From the NCBI GenBank assembly GCA_965140585.1, contig OZ223270.1, forward strand, positions 512,001 to 576,000: a stretch of 64,000 bases of DNA. The letters run 5' to 3'. The position numbers were made by a program, and so were the translations under genes. Of this stretch, positions 59,336 through 64,000 are shown one piece after another (position 1 is the first letter of the stretch; each line of letters opens with the position of its first letter). The DNA comes from Spirochaetia bacterium (GTDB lineage: Bacteria; Spirochaetota; Spirochaetia; UBA9216). The notes under the pieces were generated by a model. That model had not been told where the DNA came from and ran no database searches. It saw only the letters and a program-made list of their open reading frames with translations.

Positions 59336-60045
59336 GCCACTCCTCCTAAGAGATTCACATAGGATTCTTCCAGATTCTTCCCTTTACCCAAACAGGTAAG
59401 TTCTTCTATGCTCCCCTCCGCTAGAATTTCTCCTTTATTAATTAAAACGGCTCTTCCACAAAGAGTTTCTACTTCATCCATATAATGGGAAGTTAGAATC
59501 ACGGTGGTACCAGATTTATTAAGTTGGATAATACGCTTCCAGACATCCCTACGGGCCAGGGGATCAAGCCCTGTGGTAAGTTCATCAAGGAAAAGAAGCT
59601 CTGGTCGATGCATACATGCCAGTAATATGGATAAACGCTGCCTCTCCCCTCCTGAGCAAGACACTACAGGAGTAAGAACTTTATCCATTAGTCCGAATTC
59701 ATCCAGTAAATTCCTCCAATCAGGCTCTTCTTTGTAGAGACTGGAGATTGAATAGCACAATTCCCCCACTCGAATTCCGGCCTGATAGCTGGAATCCTGG
59801 AACTGAACGCCAACTTTCGAGAACAATGTTTTCCGGTCTGCAACAGGGTCCAGCCCCAGTATTTCCACCGATCCATGATCTTTTTTCCTTACTCCGAGAG
59901 CACATTCCAGAGCTGTACTTTTTCCGGCCCCGTTTGGTCCCAGAATTCCGAAAATCTCTCCCTTATTTACTTCAAGAGAAATTCCTTTTATCGCCTGAAG
60001 GTTCCCATAGCTTTTTTGAAGATTCTTTATTTTAAAAAATGACAT
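59332..60045 (-). CDS. ABC exporter ATP-binding protein (DrrA-like)
   Basis: GPNGAGKST, SGGERQR, LFLDELTTGLDP and TSHYMDE motifs. Confidence 0.92.
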   Translation of the reverse strand: MSFFKIKNLQKSYGNLQAIKGISLEVNKGEIFGILGPNGAGKSTALECALGVRKKDHGSVEILGLDPVADRKTLFSKVGVQFQDSSYQAGIRVGELCYSISSLYKEEPDWRNLLDEFGLMDKVLTPVVSCSGGERQRLSILLACMHRPELLFLDELTTGLDPLARRDVWKRIIQLNKSGTTVILTSHYMDEVETLCGRAVLINKGEILAEGSIEELTCLGKGKNLEESYVNLLGGVA

Positions 60046-60046
60046 T

Positions 60047-60871
60047 TCAAACCTCCTTTTTGATCACAGGGAGCTGGATCTCGGTCAACCATTCACGGTC
60101 CGATTCTTTATTCCAGATTCCGTCAATATAAGACTCCCTGGGATGATCAACTGGTTCGTATCCTTCCGCATCAATCCAGCTGAACAGGCGGTTATAGCTT
60201 TCACGCAAAGTGGAATAGGGGCCCATATGCATCAGGCAGGCGGCCTGCGCCACTTTCTTAATGGTCTTGAATTTCACCCTGTCCGATTCCTCGCAGGGGG
60301 CAATTACGGCCTCACAGATTTCGACATCTATATCCCTTTCCTTGTACTCACCATCGTGATAAATGGTAAAGCAGTAGAAGGGATCCCGGCAGACTGCTCC
60401 AACCGATTCCATATATTCCCCCATTTTGGGAACCACATCAAAATAGCTGTTATAATCGGGAACCCTGGTCCGCATGGAAGCCACCAGTACTTCCGGTAAA
60501 GATTTCAACAGGACTTCGTTTTTCATTTCTTTTTCTCCTTCCAATCGAACCAGATACTCCTGAACACGGTCTAAACGCTGTTTTTCCTGTTCAATGCTCT
60601 GTAGAATCTCTCCTTCCCTTTTTTTAAGAATCTGTTGGATTCTAGATTGACCTTTCATCAGGTCCTTAATTTCCGGTAGGGAGAAGCCTAGTTCTTTCAA
60701 TATTAAAATGCGGCAGATCAGTGGCAATTGCGAGGTACTGTAGTACCGGTAACCGGTCCAGTCATCTACCCTGGCAGGTAGAAGAAGGCCGATTTTTTCA
60801 TAATGCCTCAGTGTTTTTGGAGTTATCCGGTTGATTTTAGAAAATTCTCCGATGGAATACATCACATCCAT
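60047..60871 (-). CDS. MerR-family regulator with GyrI-like ligand-binding domain (BmrR-like)
   Basis: YSIGEFS...TLRHYEKIGLL..TGYRYY HTH; C-terminal HMGPY...RESY...WLTEIQLP; start placed after AGGAG. Confidence 0.9.
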   Translation of the reverse strand: MDVMYSIGEFSKINRITPKTLRHYEKIGLLLPARVDDWTGYRYYSTSQLPLICRILILKELGFSLPEIKDLMKGQSRIQQILKKREGEILQSIEQEKQRLDRVQEYLVRLEGEKEMKNEVLLKSLPEVLVASMRTRVPDYNSYFDVVPKMGEYMESVGAVCRDPFYCFTIYHDGEYKERDIDVEICEAVIAPCEESDRVKFKTIKKVAQAACLMHMGPYSTLRESYNRLFSWIDAEGYEPVDHPRESYIDGIWNKESDREWLTEIQLPVIKKEV

Positions 60872-60900
60872 TAAACTTCTCCTGCGCATGAGATATTTTC

Positions 60901-60931
60901 ATTATAGAGTTTGTCCCAAGGGAAGAGTCAA
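60901..60931 (-). promoter_or_regulatory. MerR-type promoter with 19-bp spacer
   Basis: Minus strand TTGACT-N19-TATAAT with TCCC-TT-GGGA dyad in the spacer. Confidence 0.8.
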
Positions 60932-61035
60932 GAAAGAAATGAGAATTTATTTTCGGCCATTAGCCAACAGGCTGTAATGACTGTGGTAGCGTTTACGCAT
61001 TCCCATCCGGTTAAGCCATCCCAGAGGCTTGCTCG

Positions 61036-62148
61036 TGCTATGGCTTTTTACACTTTCAGGCACTCGAACGGTAATAATGGTGATGCAAGCCGCCTAAAAT
61101 CTGCTTTTTCTTAATATTTCCGAAGCAAAAATCGCTATCTCCATCGGGAATTCTATCAATTCCCTGATGGGGACGATAATGATTATAATATTCTATATAC
61201 TCCTGAATAATCTTCCGAACTTGTTTCTCAGAAAACAGCAGGAAATGGTCCAGTGATTCACGGCGGATGCTGCCGATGGTTCGTTCAATATAAGCATTCA
61301 TATTTGGTGCAGCATAAGCGGTGTTTACCCCGTTGATTCCATAATCATTGTAATCGATGGTTGTGAATTGAGGTGTATTATCATAGATTAGGGTTTTCGT
61401 ATCTGGAAATGTTTCTGTGAATAGCTGAATCCGTTGTTTGACGAATTCTCTTGTTGGTTGCTCAGTAAAATCAAAACGTACAATTCTTCTTGTTTTCAGT
61501 TCCAGAAAGAGCAGAAGATATAAACGTTTCCCAAGTAATGTGTCGATAGTCATGAAATCCATGCTGAAAAGAGAATCCCAATGTGATTTCAGAAATCTCT
61601 TCCAGCTGCCTATAGGCTGAATTTTACCTTGTTTTCTAAATGTCTGGATGATTCTGTTTACTGTCGTTGGATTAAGATCCATTCCTAATTTCTTGAGCTC
61701 GTCTGCAATTCGATGACAGCCCCAGAGCGGGTTATTGTGCTTCATTTCAAGTATTAGCTTTTTAATCTTGCTTGAAACAGGTTTTCTTCCTGGTGTTTTA
61801 TGTTTATAAATCCAGAAATTTTTGATAAATCTTCGTTGCCAGTCGAGAAGGGTAGCGGGCTTGATGATTGTGAGGTGTCTGACGGCTCGTTTTGATATAG
61901 CAGATATAATTGTGAATAGAAAACGGTCGCTTCTTCTCATTGAATCCTGTTTTAGCTTCTGATTGAGTTGGCGCTTATAAATCTGGTTTTCTTTCTTAAG
62001 AATCATCAGAGTTATGATTAAATCTTTCCGGTTGGAGAATAATATTTTAAACAGGGATGTGAGTAGATAGAGAATGAAGTTGAACATGGATGATTATATC
62101 AGGTTTTAATGTAGAAGAATTTCCACATTGCTTAAAAAAGCCACAGGA
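61036..62148 (-). mobile_element. IS-like element copy 2
   Basis: TGCTATGGCTTTTT at 61036 and degenerate AAAAAGCCACAGGA ending at 62148; same 1113-bp span as copy 1. Confidence 0.75.
61056..62087 (-). CDS. rve integrase-core DDE transposase (intact)
   Basis: WG..RI..EL HTH; MDF, YDN and ER catalytic positions; YN..RPHQG and LGGLHH.Y. Confidence 0.88.
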   Translation of the reverse strand: MFNFILYLLTSLFKILFSNRKDLIITLMILKKENQIYKRQLNQKLKQDSMRRSDRFLFTIISAISKRAVRHLTIIKPATLLDWQRRFIKNFWIYKHKTPGRKPVSSKIKKLILEMKHNNPLWGCHRIADELKKLGMDLNPTTVNRIIQTFRKQGKIQPIGSWKRFLKSHWDSLFSMDFMTIDTLLGKRLYLLLFLELKTRRIVRFDFTEQPTREFVKQRIQLFTETFPDTKTLIYDNTPQFTTIDYNDYGINGVNTAYAAPNMNAYIERTIGSIRRESLDHFLLFSEKQVRKIIQEYIEYYNHYRPHQGIDRIPDGDSDFCFGNIKKKQILGGLHHHYYRSSA

Positions 62149-62397
62149 CGCGCAGCATTTGATCAGTACTATCTACTCATTGATGATGATAGAGCCTTAA
62201 AGATGGTCAATTATTTTCGTTACGGCACTGTTGATGAAACCGAGATTTGGTTAATGAAATATGGATTATCAATAGAAGATGCAGAACAAATCAAAGAATA
62301 TATTTCAGAAATAAGTGCAGATGAGATAATTTTTAATGATGGTTTTTCTAATCTCGATGATGATAGATTAAAAGCTGTTGTAGAGAGGTATGTTTAA
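62149..62397 (+). pseudogene. 3' remnant of a gene truncated at the IS end (possibly a helicase C-terminus)
   Basis: Open frame running out of the IS terminus; YGT...IWLMKYGLS pattern. Confidence 0.5.
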
Positions 62398-62696
62398 TTG
62401 TTAAATAGAAAAACATCCACATTCATTTTATACGGATAAATCTGCTGCACCAACCATTAGCCCTGACGGGGCGAGCTAATGTAGATTAAGTATGAGTCTA
62501 TATAATTGATATTATGCTATATGAAAGCTTAGGTTTTATGTCGTACATATAGATACTTTTTTCTAATCAAAATATAGAAAAATTTTGTCATTTGAGTTCA
62601 TAGAGAAAAAACTACACTTCAAGGAAGGGCTCCCAAATTTAATTGTGGAAATATTTCTCAATTCAATTTCAAAGACATAGAGTGTAGTTATACAAA

Positions 62697-63194
62697 TTAT
62701 TTAATATTGACTTTATATTTTTTTGTATCACTATCAAGTAATAAAAATTGTTCTTCGATATTGTATTCTATTAGCTTTATACCATTTGAAATTTCATTGA
62801 TGCTAATTGGAAAGATGAAATCAAACTGGTTGTCCTTCAGCATGTACTGTTGTTTTCCATTGGTGGAGATAGTTCCCAGATATGAAAAACGGGAAGTATC
62901 GTAGATTGAGACTGCCTGCTGTGGTACGATTTCTTCGATTTCAGCTGGTTGTAAATTGACTGCCTTATAAAACATCTTCTCCAAATAACTTGTAGAGATC
63001 TCCTTTTTGGGGGATATCTCTGTTGTTTTGGGTTCCATTTTGGAAGATATTAATTGAGAGGTAGTGACATTTTCAGTTTTTGTTGAATTGATAAATACCT
63101 CTGATGGAAAGATAAACAGAAATACAAGATATACAGCTGCCAACACAATCGCAGCGATTAGTATTGTTTTTATTATAATTGTAAACCTTTTCAT
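62697..63194 (-). CDS. Hypothetical bitopic membrane protein (secretion/pilus accessory-like)
   Basis: N-terminal TM helix, YLGTI beta domain; ATGA overlap with the GspK-like gene. Confidence 0.6.
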   Translation of the reverse strand: MKRFTIIIKTILIAAIVLAAVYLVFLFIFPSEVFINSTKTENVTTSQLISSKMEPKTTEISPKKEISTSYLEKMFYKAVNLQPAEIEEIVPQQAVSIYDTSRFSYLGTISTNGKQQYMLKDNQFDFIFPISINEISNGIKLIEYNIEEQFLLLDSDTKKYKVNIK

Positions 63195-64000
63195 TCAAGT
63201 TCCTCTTCATAACGGATATTGCTGATTATCTGTATGGTTCTTTGGCCCGAATTGCTTTCAGAACTGCTGCCCCCTGGGCGGTATGAATGCTTTATGTCGG
63301 GAATTTCTGCGATGATGATTTCGTGCCTCTGATTATTAGTTCTTATTGTTATCTTCCAGAACCAGGTTTTTGTTCCAAGATAATCGAAGATGATATGGGG
63401 TTCATCCTTAACTGAAAAGATGGATTCAAGCTCACTTGTGTCTATTTCGCTTCCGGTTCTTTGCTGGATAATCGTGTTATAGGTCCTATCAGGATAAGGC
63501 AAAGGATTATCACCAAAATCATAGGATAGGATTTCTTTAAGAAGCTCCTCAGGGATGAAATGAATATTCATAACAGGTATTGCACAAATGAATGGATATA
63601 GTTCGCTTATCGATGTCCCGAGTATGCTTTCAATCTCGTTGTTTGGGATGACGGTATCGTTAATCCTTGCCGTTTGTATTTTCCGTCTGAAGGATTCAGC
63701 CTCGAAGTCCCTGCCGGTTCTTGCCTCAAAAAGCCCGGTAAGCGCAAGCTCGTCTGCAATGTTGATGTTCATGTAGCTGTGGATGGTGATGAAGTTTTCA
63801 AGTCCTTCGTCGGAGAAGTATTCCTCCGACAGTATTTGCGGATTTGATATCAGACCGAGATCATGTCGTAACTGTTCAATCTCAGCCATCGTATGGCTGT
63901 CTTTAAAGATAAGTTTACCGATGCCGGTTTTATCCGTAAGCTCATCACGAAAGAAGTTTGGATTGAACCTGCTTGAACTATCGTTAAGCTCAATTGAAAG
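63191..64000 (-). CDS. GspK-like (type II secretion minor pseudopilin K) protein, 5'-truncated by window edge
   Basis: Frame open to 64000: IELNDSSSRFNPN, then MNINIADE and MNIHFIPEELL, resembling the GspK D..g.iNlN / iNvNtA motifs. Confidence 0.6.
   Translation of the reverse strand, partial: LSIELNDSSSRFNPNFFRDELTDKTGIGKLIFKDSHTMAEIEQLRHDLGLISNPQILSEEYFSDEGLENFITIHSYMNINIADELALTGLFEARTGRDFEAESFRRKIQTARINDTVIPNNEIESILGTSISELYPFICAIPVMNIHFIPEELLKEILSYDFGDNPLPYPDRTYNTIIQQRTGSEIDTSELESIFSVKDEPHIIFDYLGTKTWFWKITIRTNNQRHEIIIAEIPDIKHSYRPGGSSSESNSGQRTIQIISNIRYEEELE

Larger units (their letters stand above)
51730..64000. mobile_element. Putative genomic (defence) island downstream of tRNA-Leu; right boundary not seen
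   Basis: Abrupt switch from housekeeping genes to nuclease/TA-like genes, IS copies and fragments; visibly AT-rich segments. Confidence 0.65.

Noticed and set aside
51838-62663. CRISPR array, Rex operator or chromosomal dif site as explanation of the recurring dyad
   Set aside because: Copies are irregularly spaced kilobases apart with no cas genes; half-sites differ from Rex TTGTGAA; no XerD arm TTATGTTAAAT
685-63776. Numerous short antisense or alternate-frame ORFs in the ORF track (e.g. 10658-11287, 16445-17065, 8603-9103, 52333-52806)
   Set aside because: They overlap well-supported genes and show no recognisable motifs; treated as shadow ORFs

Overview
About 51.7 kb of core chromosome from a free-living spirochaete-like bacterium (inferred from gene content and order). 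It carries avtA, feoAB, deoD, gpmI, pepD, fprA, purQL, lysA, hisA/hisE, two homocysteine methyltransferases, uvrC, the lptCAB-rpoN-hpf-hprK-ptsH-ntrY/ntrX-lexA-holA run, cheRB, rseC, ymdB and an MCP. After a tRNA-Leu(CAG) at 51646-51729 an accessory island begins. It contains a stand-alone OLD-family ATPase-TOPRIM nuclease, a small RxxxxH (HEPN-like) protein and an AT-rich GNAT-PIN-(GNAT)-EVE/PUA plus ASCH gene pair. Two diverged copies of an rve-type IS (one with a nonsense codon) flank a MerR-GyrI/ABC-2 exporter cassette. These are followed by a truncated gene remnant and part of a GspK-like secretion locus. The most notable items are the candidate defence cluster, a 22-28 bp dyad recurring at module boundaries of the island, integrase arm-like repeats next to the tRNA, and an unannotated ~200-nt multi-hairpin transcript after uvrC. 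All calls were made by eye from motifs; no database searches were run.
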